Assembly: GCA_026025075.1 (NCBI GenBank)
Contig: JAPEUI010000038.1
Location: forward strand, 1 to 64,000
Direction of reading: 5' to 3'
DNA: 64,000 nucleotides
Source of the DNA: Vezdaea acicularis
Taxonomy: Eukaryota
The translations under genes and the position numbers were made by a program. Shown in pieces: positions 1 through 12,287 of the stretch (positions within the stretch are counted from its first letter, which is position 1; each line of letters begins with the position of its first letter). A model generated the notes under the pieces. It was not told where the DNA came from, did not search any database, and was given only the letters and a program-made list of their open reading frames with translations.

Positions 1-2291
1 AGCTGTCCATTGCGGTTGGGCCAATGAACGTGAGACTTGAAAACATCCATGCCGAGTCGTCCACTGCCAATTATGTCTCGTTCCTCAGTTCTTCGCAGCG
101 GCCGAGAGGCCGGAACTCCGATCGAGACTCGTTACGCTCGGTCTCGAGCGTGCGCAGCATGATGTCGGGCATGTCGTCCCTCTGGTCGAGTTTTGGGTTG
201 GGGTCCTCCAGCTCGACGGCCAAGACCGAGAAAGCCAAAGCAGCCATCGAAGCGGATCTGAAGTATCTGTATTCCGCCTTTACCAAAGTCCCATGTCTGA
301 AGCTTGCCCCCGACCGGAAAGCGCGTCTCATCGAGGGTTACGAGGAGTTTCCATTCGACAGCGCCGTGCCGCTGCTGGTCTTTAAAAATATCAGTACGCT
401 GGAGATCTGCGACATTGATATCCGGCAGTTCTTCGGATGGGATACGGTGGCCGAGCAGCTTCGCAGTCTGTCGGTCAAAAGGGCCAGCGTGGATGATCCG
501 GCGGAGCTGCTGATTGATATCGTGCTGGATGATATGGACAAGCGACGTCGACGATCGTCCAAAACGCAGGCTTCACCCGTGTTGAATTGGGCCGCCCCAA
601 GCCCAACGCTACACCATGTGGATATTGCAGGAGGCCGGTCAAACTCGGCACCGGGCTCGCCGAAGCCCGAGAATAAGACGAGCCAGAGCGTGAGTCCCAA
701 ACCGTCGGCGATGGTACGGGAAGGATCGGGCGGGTCAAAGACGGATCATCGGCCTCGACCACGCAGCATCTCGCCGTCACGTCCGAGGAGCTTGAGAGAA
801 GGTTCGGCGCATCGTCGGTCCAAGAGTGGCGTGCGCCGGCACAGGAGAGCAGGTTCAAACAGCTCCCAGTCGAGTGCCAATTCGCTTTCAGTACCAAACA
901 GCAGCTCCTCGAACCAGCTCATGACGGGCCAGCTGCCTGCGACAAAATGGCGTTTCCTCAGGCATCTGAGTCTGGCAGACAACTCGCTGACTACAATCTC
1001 CCCGGCAGGTCTTGCTCCGTTGGCATTCACTCTGCATTCCCTCGATCTCTCCTCGAATCTCTTCACCCAGATACCGGACGCGCTCGCGTCGCTCACTTCT
1101 CTGCGGGCGCTCAATCTCTCGAGTTGCATGATTGAGTCGCTGCATTCGTTGTTACGGAGTCCCATCCCGGCCATCACCGCGCTGAATCTGCGGAACAACC
1201 GACTACACTCGATAGCGGGAGTCGAACGTCTGCCATCGTTGGAGCGTCTCGATCTCAGAGAGAATAGACTGTCCGATCCGATAGAGCTGGCGCGGCTTAC
1301 TGGGTCGCCCGAGATGCGTGAGGTGTGGGTTGCGGGGAACCCCTTTACCAAGACTCACACGATATACCGGATCACGATCTTCAATCTGTTCCGCAAAGCG
1401 CCCGGATACACTGAGGATATCATCATCGACTCGACGGGTCCGGGGTACAGTGAGCGGAGGCAGCTGGTCGATCGAGTCGGCGAAGCGGCGAGCGTGCCCG
1501 TCGTCCAAGCGCCCGTGATCGAGCACCCGCCGCCACCCCCAAAGCCTGCGGAGACCCACGAAGCAAGACCGACGAGCAACGGCCAGCTGTACAAGGCGTC
1601 CTCGGAGCGGCCGATCCCCCGACACACTCAGAGTGATACAGTCGCCAGCTCGCCGCGCCGCCGCAAAGGCCCCAAGCGGCGGATCGTGGAGCTCTCCCAC
1701 GGCGACTCGCCCATGTCCTCCCCCCCGCCCTTCCGCCCATCGGCCACCAGCACCGCGCAGGACGCCGCCAACGCCGCCGCCGCCAGCGCAGCCGCAGCCA
1801 TGTACCAAACCGCCTCTCCCGCGCCTGTATCTACGTCTAGTCCTGCCTCTCCCTCCGCATCCACCGCCACCGCCACTACTACTACACGGCCAATGCCCTT
1901 CTTCGCGCCCCCCGAGCGCAAAAACTCGCGCGAACAGCCCCCCCGCCTGAACACCTCCATGCCCCCTCCCTCCATCCACGCTACGCACGCCACCCCCACC
2001 ACCGCCACCCCCGCCGGCATCACCAGCAATGACTGGAACATCAGCGGCGAGATCTACAAGCGCAAGATCGAGGCTCTGCGGAATGAAGTCGGGAATGGCT
2101 GGTTGAGCGTCCTTAGCGAGGAGAATGCTGCTGCTGGCGCCCTTGGTGGTGGGGTTGGTTGGACGGCAGACCCGAATAAACTCCGTGGTCAGTCTCCTGC
2201 CTCGCCCGGTGATTTCAGTCCGGCGAGTACCATTCGGCCCAGTCCGACCACGCCGAGGGCTGGGCCCGCGCAGGGACGGACGTTGGGGTGA
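1..2291 (+). CDS. Leucine-rich repeat protein (nischarin/STK11IP-like fungal LRR protein), 5'-partial
   Basis: The frame is open from the window edge to TGA at 2291. It has tandem LRRs (LRHLSLADNSLTTI, LHSLDLSSNLFTQI, LRALNLSSCMIESL, LNLRNNRLHSI, LERLDLRENRL), an LRR cap (GNPF...YRITIF) and S/P-rich disordered regions. Confidence 0.85.
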   Translation, partial: LSIAVGPMNVRLENIHAESSTANYVSFLSSSQRPRGRNSDRDSLRSVSSVRSMMSGMSSLWSSFGLGSSSSTAKTEKAKAAIEADLKYLYSAFTKVPCLKLAPDRKARLIEGYEEFPFDSAVPLLVFKNISTLEICDIDIRQFFGWDTVAEQLRSLSVKRASVDDPAELLIDIVLDDMDKRRRRSSKTQASPVLNWAAPSPTLHHVDIAGGRSNSAPGSPKPENKTSQSVSPKPSAMVREGSGGSKTDHRPRPRSISPSRPRSLREGSAHRRSKSGVRRHRRAGSNSSQSSANSLSVPNSSSSNQLMTGQLPATKWRFLRHLSLADNSLTTISPAGLAPLAFTLHSLDLSSNLFTQIPDALASLTSLRALNLSSCMIESLHSLLRSPIPAITALNLRNNRLHSIAGVERLPSLERLDLRENRLSDPIELARLTGSPEMREVWVAGNPFTKTHTIYRITIFNLFRKAPGYTEDIIIDSTGPGYSERRQLVDRVGEAASVPVVQAPVIEHPPPPPKPAETHEARPTSNGQLYKASSERPIPRHTQSDTVASSPRRRKGPKRRIVELSHGDSPMSSPPPFRPSATSTAQDAANAAAASAAAAMYQTASPAPVSTSSPASPSASTATATTTTRPMPFFAPPERKNSREQPPRLNTSMPPPSIHATHATPTTATPAGITSNDWNISGEIYKRKIEALRNEVGNGWLSVLSEENAAAGALGGGVGWTADPNKLRGQSPASPGDFSPASTIRPSPTTPRAGPAQGRTLG

Positions 2292-2895
2292 TGTGAATGT
2301 TTTGCGGAGTCGAGGGGGAGGGTGTGATGCCCTAGGTGGGATTCGTCGTCGTGTCTTTCAGGACTCTGGATTCATCCCCTTTCTTTATTTTCTCTCATCT
2401 GGGCCTTTCTCCGTGTGTATTTCTGGCGCTTTTTCGTGTTGCATCTCATCTCATAGCATCGCATGGCATGGCGGGTGGGGTCTGCTGTTTTTTCTTGACG
2501 CCTTTATGCCCTGTCGTTTTCTGCGTTCCCGGTTCCTGCCCTTGTCCGCCCCTTTCCTGCTTTCCGCCCTTTCTCCGCCTTCCAATCGCTGCCTCTCTTC
2601 CTTTCCTCACATATATCCATACCCACACTCACACCCTCGACAACACACCACACTAAGACAAACAGAAAAGGGAGGGAAAGCGGGAAAAGGGGAAAGACGG
2701 ACGGGAAAAGGGCAGAGCCTTGTACTGTACATAAACATTCATACTCGCACAGCCAGCCGTTCTTTGTATACTACTACTATCCTAGGGATCTCATTTTCTC
2801 TTTCTCTTGCCCTTGGTTTCTCTTCTTTGATCGGATCGGATGGGGTGGAAGGAAGGGACCCGGGGGGGGAGGGGATCTGAATCTAACTCTGATCT

Positions 2896-2944
2896 GGCTC
2901 TGGAACTGGAGTTGGGGCTGGGGCTGGGGTTGGGACTGGAGTTG
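2896..2944 (+). repeat. Imperfect hexamer repeat (CTGGGG/CTGGAG-like)
   Basis: ctggaactggagttggggctggggctggggttgggactggagttg lies between two convergent 3' ends. Confidence 0.7.
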
Positions 2945-3077
2945 AAGGAATAGGAGAAACCAAATCACATGAAATCATATGAAAAGCATTTGGTCCGAGA
3001 GAGATGGCTCATTATCCGCACTCCCTTTTTCCCCCTCTCCCTCCAACCCCGTCCCACCTCAACCCCTTCCCCTCCCA

Positions 3078-4028
3078 CTACAACTCCCCCGACCCCCCCG
3101 AACTACCCGCCAACAACCCAAACTCTCCCCACCCGCGCTCCCGCCTATTGCCCGACACCGCGAGTAGCCCCTCACACCACTCCTCACTCGCTTTCCTCCT
3201 ACAAAACTTATTCCAATCCTCCTCCTTCTTCCTCCGTCTCTCATACGCGCTTCCCCCCACCACCATCTCCGCCCCATCACACGTCCTCTCCCCAGCCGCA
3301 CACGTCTTCCACCCCCCCCCTCCTCCTCCTCCTTCTCCTCCACCAACCGACCCGTCTTTATTAACAAACAAATACCCCTCCCCCCCCGGCCCCTGACTCC
3401 CCTCCCCCGGCCTCTGCGCCACCCCCGCCAGCCGACTCACCTCCACCGCCCGCTTCAACCACTCCGGATCCCACCCCAGCGGTAGTTCACACGTGCAGAG
3501 ACTCCTACAGGCCTTCCTCACCTTCGCGTCCTCGTAGAGCAGTGGATCGCCGTAGGGCGCGCCGGTCACCAGCCCGGCGAAGGGACGCGGGGCGGGGATG
3601 ACGACGCACACGCCGCCGACGTTGGAGGTGGGGTCGCCGCCCCAGTGCGCGGCGGCGCAGAGACGTTCGATGGTGGGGTATGTGCCGAGGAGACGCCCGT
3701 TGTGCAGCCGCCGGGATGTGAAGGAGGGGTCGGTCGGCGAGGAGACCAGGCCGGGACAGTCGGGGCCCCATTCGTAGCCGGCGGAGGAGGCGATGGAGGC
3801 GGAGATTGGGTCGAGAGGGGAGGATGAGGAGAGGGAGTCTCGGGAGGAGGAGCGGGAGAGAGAGCCGTAGGAGGAGGAGCGGGAGAGGCCGAGGAGGTTC
3901 GACATTATGCCCGAGCCGGTGACGGGGGTGGCGAGGGAGAGTCTTGGGGGGAGGAGGAGGAGGAGGGTGGAGAGGAGGGAAAGGAGGGAGAGCGTGAGAG
4001 GGAGGGTGTGCGTTTGAGATGAGAACAT
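3078..4028 (-). CDS. Secreted Cys-pattern protein (family member 1)
   Basis: ATG at 4028 gives MFSSQTHTLPLTLSLLSLLSTLLLLLPPRLSLATP (signal-peptide-like), a Ser-rich linker, then DCPG...YPTIERLCAA...NVGGVC...CRSLCTC and a Gly-rich tail. Confidence 0.7.
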   Translation of the reverse strand: MFSSQTHTLPLTLSLLSLLSTLLLLLPPRLSLATPVTGSGIMSNLLGLSRSSSYGSLSRSSSRDSLSSSSPLDPISASIASSAGYEWGPDCPGLVSSPTDPSFTSRRLHNGRLLGTYPTIERLCAAAHWGGDPTSNVGGVCVVIPAPRPFAGLVTGAPYGDPLLYEDAKVRKACRSLCTCELPLGWDPEWLKRAVEVSRLAGVAQRPGEGSQGPGGEGYLFVNKDGSVGGGEGGGGGGGWKTCAAGERTCDGAEMVVGGSAYERRRKKEEDWNKFCRRKASEEWCEGLLAVSGNRRERGWGEFGLLAGSSGGSGEL

Positions 4029-4564
4029 GCTGGAGAAAGAGATAGGATGTGAGAGATGAAACGACGAGATCGACGTAGAACCACGGAACAGCTCACGCAG
4101 CAACCGTGGACAAGAAAAATAAATGAGATCCGGAGAGAGAGCTCCATCCATAGCTATATCGCTACCAACGGACGCTTCTGTCGAAATGCCGCATATATGT
4201 TCCAGGGGCCGCGCAGTTGGCGTGACACCCCTTCCCCGGCGTATGCGCCATTTGTCTCGCTCGCCCAGTAAAAACCGTCCCGTCTAACGATCGTTGATCG
4301 TGATCGCTGATCGTGCTAGATTAGGTAATCGTCGGTGCGTCCTGTTCAATTGTTGTGGTTGTGGTCCATGCTCCGGAATGATGACAAGCACGTCTAATTC
4401 GCCAATTTCATCCGAAGAAAAAAACCCCCCCACCCCCATATATACACCGCCAACGCAATAACACCCAGTGAATACGCCCGCTAGTCGCACACGTAACCAG
4501 TCCTCCTTTCCATACGCTAAGAAAACCCCCCCAAAAACAAAGCGAGACGCGGCATACCTTTTTT

Positions 4565-5920
4565 TCAAGGACTCATGCCGAATTCATGCTTGACGTAGAC
4601 GCCGGTGCCGCGGAAGAGGTCGTCGTCGCTGTCCCTGCGATCGCTGGCGGAGGCATCGGGGCTCTTCCACAGGCCGGACGAGCCGGTGGACGAGACGGCC
4701 GTGATGGCCTGGCCGCTGCGCTGGTTGGCGTAGACGGGGGGAGGTTGACTCAGCGAGGACTTTATTGTCGGTTTACTAAACGCGCTGGTGCCTTTACTGC
4801 GGCGGCTGGAGGTGTAGCCAGAGAATCCAGGCGCGCCGCCGCTGCCGTAGTAAGAGGAGGTCTCGTTCTTGGTGAAGAAGGAGCGGAAGGAGGTCAGGTT
4901 GCAGACGGTCAGGGCGACGGAGAGCTCGATGGAGGTCCACAGGCCGAGCCAGATGGGCTGCGGCAGCTTGGTCTTGCTGTTCAGCACGACGATGCGGACG
5001 ACGCAGATGATCACGATGAGGAAGCCGGAGCAGAGGACGGCAAGGAGGGCGAGCTTCTTCTTAGGCGGGATCTGCACGTTGCGGAGGAGGTGGATGGGCA
5101 CCGCGATGACTGGTAGGAGACGGGATGGTTAGTGAAGACATCAGATGCACTCGGTCCTTTAACGGGGGAAAACATACTGAGTAGGTCGGTGATGATGTCC
5201 ATGGCGGTACTGAAGCGCAGGCTGACCAATGCGCGAAATATGCTCAGGCTGTCTTCACACTGGCCTGACGAAGCCGTCAGCATAAAATGATATCGGGCCA
5301 GGAATCAACTGATACTGACCGTATTCAAACTTGTGGCAATATATGGGGGATGTGATGCAACTCGCGATATAGGCCAGGATCGTGAAACCCAAGACCGACC
5401 ACCACAAGATCTCATGCCTCCTCTCGCGCCCACTCAGCCGATGAAAAAACAAAAGAAAGGAGACCTTGATGGACCAAAGCGCCGTCCAGAAGAGCAGGGA
5501 GATGGCGAGTTGGAGCTTGTAGTACCGCGAGATCTCCACGAGCGCGTGTTGCGTGAACGGGGCGTTGCCTTGTTGGACGTCAAGCAGATGCACGATGATG
5601 TTCAGATTGACGGCATCGCAGGCGGCGAGCGCAAAGCAGAGGATCAGGGCGAACATGGCGAAGTAGTCATCGAGGTAGAATGTCTTGAACTTTTTGAGCC
5701 GGACGAATAGCCGTAGTATCAGCGCGATGAAGGCTATGGCTGTCAAGGGCCAAGTGACTCCCTAGAAAACTGTAAGCGCACAAACACAGGTAACAGCGTG
5801 CGAGCAAGTGCTTGAGGAGAATATGCTTGCACGTACCAGAACCAACTTCTTTGATATGGCGGGACTGTTTTCGATGTACACCGGGGTACTGCGCTCCACC
5901 AACATGCTGGATATATCCAT
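4565..5920 (-). CDS. PTH11-like / fungal 'rhodopsin-domain' integral membrane protein (no CFEM), 4 exons
   Basis: Spliced exons ~5920-5837, 5761-5320, 5264-5178 and 5109-4565 with GT..AG ends. Motifs LRLFVR..LDDYF, WSIKVSFLLFFHRL, DIITDLL..PI, KKKLAL, WTSIELSVALTVCNL are typical of this family. Confidence 0.88.
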
Positions 5921-7230
5921 CGTCGGAAGCTCGGACCATACGCGATGGGCGAGATAGAAGTAGGGTATGTGCGAACGGACTTCTCCCTCCAAGCTCGGGG
6001 TTTCTGAAGCGCTTGCTCTATGCAATTGCTGGGTTGGAAGTACAGGACGAGTGAACGGACTCTCCCATCAAGCTCAATCTTCCGCCGCGCAACGAGACTG
6101 CGACAAACCAGGGTGTACACGAAAAAGAACGATATTCTTCAAACTTAATCCACGAACGCGGGGGTGGGTGGGCCGCCCACGGACATAAGTAAGGTCCAAG
6201 GCACGAGAAGAGAATCATGGCGAAGAAGCGCCATGCAGCAGGACTTGTGGGGCAGAAAAAGACGGCAAGAAAGGCAGACGGCGGGCGGACTAGCAACGAA
6301 CGGAACGGGAAGAAATGCGGACGAGGAGAGAGAGGGAGATGTTCTGACGCCACTGCGCTGCGGGGGCCGCTACAGTAGCGTTCCGAACGTTCAAGGGGAT
6401 GATTGTGGCCGATATGGGAGGAGATATGCCGTCTCTCGACATGCTGAGGATCGAGGGCCAGGTCGAGGCTGATACAGCTCTGCGAAGGAGTGGTGGTCAT
6501 TATCCTCAACTCTCCCCCGTCCGCTCTCAGAGCGTACGTCCTATACACTCTTGCAACAACTCTGCAACTGCTCAAACTCACAATCGCATGCATGATCGGC
6601 GTCCTGAAAAGGCGCGGAGAAAACTCGAGTTCTCAAGCCTTGGCGTCGACGGACCCGCCTTTAGCCCTGACGCCAGACCAGCCACGCGCGGCACGTCCGA
6701 AAACGTGGGGAGGAGCAGGGAAGTTTGTGTGGGTGACTGGCCCGTGCGTCCCGTCATGAAATGGAACGCTGGTGCTGGCGATGATGTGAATCGCGCCCGT
6801 GCAGGCGCATGCAGGCGCATACAGTCGCATAGCCACGCGCAAACATTTCCTCGTCGATAGGAGCTGTCTGAATGCCCGAACCAGGCACATGGACGGAGCA
6901 CACAGCAGGCACCAGCCAGGAACGCTCGCGTGGAGGGTTGTGAGATGCCTTCGTTCCCCGCTCCTCGCCGAATAAAACACCAATGGCGTCAAAGAAGCGG
7001 CGCCTCCGAGGGGCGAGAAAAGCGGCAGAGCAATCGAGCCTAAGAGTGCGTAGGTCGGATGTCCGTCAACACGGCTGAAGAAAAGGCTCGCAAAAATCAC
7101 GCCCAATCGCAGCCAAAGCACAAGAGTTATTGGCCGAGTGGAGACGCCGATCAAGGGACGCGGCACGCGATCGATGAAGTCGATTCCTGCACGAAACGTC
7201 CCATGGCGCCATGCCCCCGAAGCGGAAAAG

Positions 7231-7231
<1 letters not shown>

Positions 7232-7273
<42 letters not shown>

Positions 7274-7274
7274 A
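7232..7274 (+). repeat. (CA)n microsatellite
   Basis: A run of about 16 AC units followed by degenerate gcacacgcaca. Confidence 0.95.
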
Positions 7275-8005
7275 TCAGAAAGAAAAACTCGAGGGTCGAG
7301 GTTGTCCTTGTTTCCGTCCCAGGCACACCAATGAGCTGTTCGAGACGGCAGAGACGGCTGCCGGGTGAAACGCGGCGGGAACGCACCCGCACGGCTGGCG
7401 AGAGAAGAAGAAGAAAAGCGTGGCGATCTCGCTCCTCTAGACATGATCTCAACCACGACGCAGAACCCGAGCTCTCCGGCGTGTGTAACACCATTCGGAG
7501 CAGAAAGTGCTGCATGGAGGAGAAACGCGTTCGGTATGAAATACTTGAGTTTCGAGGGCGCGTCAGCCTTGCCCGAGGATACCCATATAGTGGACCGTGC
7601 GCCCGCCACAGGAGAAAGCTCGAGGTACAAGCCCTTGGTCGAACTGCGGGTCGCGAGTTGCAAATCGTCAATGGTGTATTGTGAACGGCAGAAGACGAAC
7701 GGCAGACTGCGTTGGTTGACCAAGCTGAGTCGACGAACCGTTCTGGATAAATGCGACGAGGCTGTGATCAAGGTCTCTCCTCATGCTGCCCTCAGCGGGG
7801 AACAAGGCCCGATGGATAAACTCAGAGCACGTGTTCCGGGAAAGGATAAAACCTCCGACCAAGGCAAGTTATCCCAGCCGCCGCATCGATGGCTTTCGGG
7901 CTTCTGCATCTACAGCTTCCGCGGCAGTTCACATCTCAAAAAGAGGTAGAGGAAGCAACACGAATCTGTTCCCAAACTCCGCTATGAAATGCTCGTTCGC
8001 TCGCT

Positions 8006-9848
8006 TTATTCGACGACTTTGCCCCCCTCAACGATGATCTGCTCGTTGATCCGTTGCTCCGTCTCGCCCTCCTCGCCGTATTCCACCCGCTTGTACGTGA
8101 CGATGCGTGCCTCGTTCGTGTCGATGTCGAAGAAGCGGACCTTGCGGTGGTAGCCCCCATACCCGCCGTAGCCCCCGAATCCAGAGCCACCCGCGTAGCA
8201 CATCCAGAGCTTCGGGCTCTCGGCCTCGTCCTTGGCGAGCGAGCAGTATTCGTTCACGTGATCACTAGCTCGAGTTAGTTCTGATCTTTGAGGCGATGGT
8301 TGAAGGGAACTTACTGGCCACAGCTCACGAAGAGCACCCCTTCCTCAATGAGAGCGTCCATGAACCCAGAGTTGAACCCTGGCGCGGTGGGGATCTCCCT
8401 CCACATCGTCTTGTCCCATGCCGGCACGAACACGGTGTTGTCTCGGTTTCTGTACTCGGGCAACGGGATGTGTATGAATGCAAGGTCCATGTGGATGTGT
8501 GCGTATTCGCTGTGGTCCTGCTTGGCATTCTGCGCCGTCTCGTGGAACCAGTCAATCTGCGACTTTTTGATCCAGTCATAACCTCGGAATCGATGTTCAT
8601 CAGGCGAATACCCGTGCGTATCGAGGAGATATAGGGTGAGCGCAGAATGGTGGGAGTTGCCTCGCCCCATGACCTCCACAACGTAATTCCCCACACCGTC
8701 CACTTCAGGGGGACCTATTTCTGAAAGAGAATAGGGCAGCGATGCAGTAAGTGACATGAGGCCGATACGATCGAGGGAGCCTTCGTCGTCATGATTGCCC
8801 AATATGCTTGCGTATGGTATCTTGCGGCTGATGAAAAGTTCCGCGAATTTGAAGACCGCCTGAGGATAGTCAGCCTGGCTCACGGGCGCCAAAGGGATAG
8901 CCTACACTTTGGGCGTCTGGAGCACTCTCTCCATTCACTTGGTCACCGCCCAAGATGACTAGATCAGGCTTCTCTTGGTCCAGCAGCTTCCCAACAAACT
9001 CCAGAGTTCGTGAGTCTGCATCACAGTTGCCTCCATTGTGCCCAACCGGTAATGCGTCTCTACAGATACCTAGGCCTGTACTAAGATGCATATCGGAAAC
9101 CTGCATAATCTTGAATCTCCCACTCTTGTTGATCCGAGGAACAGGTTTATCAGTCTTCACCGGCGGGCCTTTCCGCACGCTCAATCGCGCCTCTTGCGTT
9201 TCACCAGAAGAGTCCAGCAGCAGCGGCGTGTCCTTGATCTCCCATCCGAATCTTGGTTCGACCGCATCTGCTCCGAATAGAACATCTACTGCAGTGACGG
9301 CTTGATTCGAGTCGCTCGCGTGCCTTTTGGCGCTTCGCTTGAGCCATATTCCCCCGTTCCTTGCTTCCCATTGTTGGTCACCCTCTCCCTTTTCCGAGTT
9401 CGTAGGATCCAAGCGGCTGATGCGTACGTCTACAATGACCCGGTCGTCCGCGGCCAAGTCTTCCTCCTTCTTGCTTTGTATATGCACGTAAGCACTAGAG
9501 AACCAGCCATTGTTCAAATACAAATCTTTCTCGATACGGTGCCAGACACTTGGGTCCAGCTCACAACTGCTGAGTAGAGACAACGAAGAACACGTGGTGA
9601 CTGTGATGTCTATGATTACAAGACCAGCATTATGTGCGGGAAGATAATGATGTATAGCTTGAGGAAGGACTCGATACCGGTTGTCGAGGAAAAAGACGAG
9701 GATAAGGGCGACTGTGGTGAAAGCGGCAAGTTGAACACCAGCGCGGACCTAAGAAAACACATCATAAGTCACTCCTATCATAGATATTTTTCAAGGCTTG
9801 ACGCATGGGCAAAATCAAAGGCAAACCACTCACTATACGCCTTGTCAT
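8006..9848 (-). CDS. DCR2: Calcineurin-like metallophosphoesterase, DCR2-like, with N-terminal membrane anchor
   Basis: A 15-nt first coding exon (MTRRI|gtgagt) splices to VRAGVQLAAFTTVALILVFFLDNRYRVLP. Metallophos motifs FKIMQVSDMH, GGDQVNG, GNHD, FIHIPLPEY, SCGHDH(V)N (split by an intron) and CYAGGSGFGGYG are present. Confidence 0.9.
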
Positions 9849-10381
9849 GGTAATCCTCATCGACAGTGTAGGTTTGCTTGTGTGTCAGTCGGTCATGATT
9901 CAGGGACTGCCTTGGAGACGAATCGATGGTTCAGTAGATGTATGCGACTTGAGCATTCACATCGTAGACCAGATATCTTGGGTACAGCGCTTCTTATCGA
10001 CCCCTCGTGTGAAAGCTTCTCAAGAATAACCTTCTGAGAGGGGTTCGTTGACAATGTTCGACTCCGCGTCCTCAAAAAAAAAAGCTACATCTTGACCCTG
10101 CCAGCGTTGGTGTCCTGCACGCCGGTATAGACTAGGCTCGCCTATCCTAGGCCGAGTGGAGAGCCGACGCTTGACCAAATCGAGCGAGTCGCAAGAGTTG
10201 CAGGCGCGGGATTGGCGGGGAAGTTAGAGCGAGACAACTCCGCATGCTTCATAGGAATCTCAGCGTGCGCAACTTCTCCGAGAGAGACATTCATTCTTAC
10301 CCCAGGCATCCGCGGACCATCTGTTTGGCCTTGCTCCACTCCTCTTCTAATCCTTTTGTAAATGTCGCTGGGTATCTCAAC

Positions 10382-12287
10382 ATGTCCTCGTCGGTGAAAA
10401 GAGCTTGCGATGCCTGTCATCGCCGGAAAGTCAAATGCGATGGCCGCAGTCCGTGTCGCAACTGTCGACAAGCGTCGCTCACCTGTACGTTTGACGCAGT
10501 TCCCCAGAAAAAAGGCCCAAAAGGAAGCAGAGCGAAAGTGATATCGGAGCTCCGAGAGACTCAACGACAGACCAACCTTGCACTAAAGCTTCAACGACAA
10601 TATCTTAGCTTCGACAATCTTTCGGGCCCGTCCCAATCACCAAACCCAGCATTCGGCCTGCTTACGCCCGAGATCATTCACGGCTGTATCGACTTTTTCT
10701 TCGAGAACATGTACCCGACGATGCCAATACTGCACCGAGAGAGGCTAGAAGAACATGTTCAGGCAATGGACGTTTCCGCCGAGAGCTATTGTCTGATCTC
10801 ATCGCTCTGCGCATTCATGATCATTCAGCCTGGAATAACGATACCTCCCAACTTGCTCGAATATACGGACGCCCCTGTCTCTAATCTGGACATGGGAACA
10901 GCTCTAGTGGAAGAGACATTGAGGGTTCGGAGAAGTTATGATTACATCGAAATGCCCACAACGAAAGCAGTCATAACGTCATTCTTCCTCTTTGCATGTT
11001 ACTTTGGCCTCAACAAGCACAACACGGCTTGGTTCCATCTTAGAGAAGCCACGACCCTTTCGCAGATCCTTGGCATGCAGGATGAAAACACCTATGTGAG
11101 CGAGGACCTTATTGAGAGCTCCAGGAAGAGACGACTGTTTTGGCTGCTCTTTGTGACTGAGAGGTAGGTTTTTCACGCACTAAAGCGTATACTTATACTT
11201 ACGTAAGTGCACAGAGCCTACGCATTACAACGACACCGCCCACTTACGTTGCACTCCACCATCGCCCTTCCGACAGTGACAGAGGATCCAAGTGAGACAA
11301 TCGCGATCTCTGGTTTCCTTCATCTCGTTGACCTCTTCCGACCATTCGACGACATTTTCGTAGGACTATGGAACAAAGCCCGTTCTGATTGTTCTACTAC
11401 ATGGCTGGCTCATTTACAGAAGCAGCTTTCTGACGCACTGCCTGCCCAGCTGAGCAGCACGGAAAGCCAAGCGGCTGATCTCAGGATCTCTCAGCAATGG
11501 CTTCGAACCATGGTTTGGCAACTGTCGATGAGCAACGGCTTCCTCTCGTCAGCGTCGGCAGATAGCTCGATGAAGTTCAAGTACCCTTTAGAGATTGCCC
11601 GAGATCTGGTTGCTCTTACAGGGCAACTTTCTCAACAGTCCATGGAGGTGCATGGTATTGGCCTGGTGAGTCTATACAATCTAACCCTGACCCCACCTCT
11701 TTTCGTCATCTTTCTAGAGTTTGCTAACGCGTCAATAGATCTGGAAAATCTTCGACATCGCGTGTACTCTGACGGACGTCATGTCTTGTGTTCCCTTGGA
11801 CAACAACACCTTCGAGTTCGGGCCACGGGATTACCTGGACCGATGTTTGAATCTAGTCTCGACCCTACGAGGCGGAGACTCTCGGTATCTTCCTCTTCTG
11901 CTTGAGAAAATTAACAACACCTTGCCAGCCATGGCGGCGCCGTTACCAGCGCCACTACCACTTGACTACGTCGACGGCCGAGTGGAGGAAGTATACGATG
12001 GCCTAGTAGAAGAGATATATGACGGCTCCACCACCGACCACTCGAGCATACTAGAGAACCAGTCAAGCTTCCTAGGCAGTCCCGCACTGCATAGTTCTGT
12101 CACCGACCACTCGAGCATTCTGGGGAGCCCGCCGATACCGCCTGCCTCCACAGAAGGTTACACAAGCTTTGCACCCGTCACACCAAACCCGCTAATGCTA
12201 CCGAATCTGCCGCAGTTCTCGGAGAATCACGCAATTCCCCTACAGTATGGGTATCCTTCCAGGACACACTTTAGCGTGGATGCGTAG
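10382..12287 (+). CDS. Zn(II)2Cys6 transcription factor, COL-26/BglR/AmyR-type sugar-utilisation regulator, 3 exons
   Basis: KRACDACHRRKVKCDG..PCRNC......C binuclear cluster followed by PQKKGPKGSRAKVISELRE. Fungal TF middle domain (AWFHLREA, RRLFWLLFVTER|AYAL). Introns at ~11164-11213 and ~11666-11739. Confidence 0.9.

Noticed and set aside
2125..3396. Plus-strand ORFs 2125-2880 and 2969-3396
   Set aside because: These are low-complexity 3' UTR sequence or the antisense shadow of the Gly-rich tail of the secreted protein.
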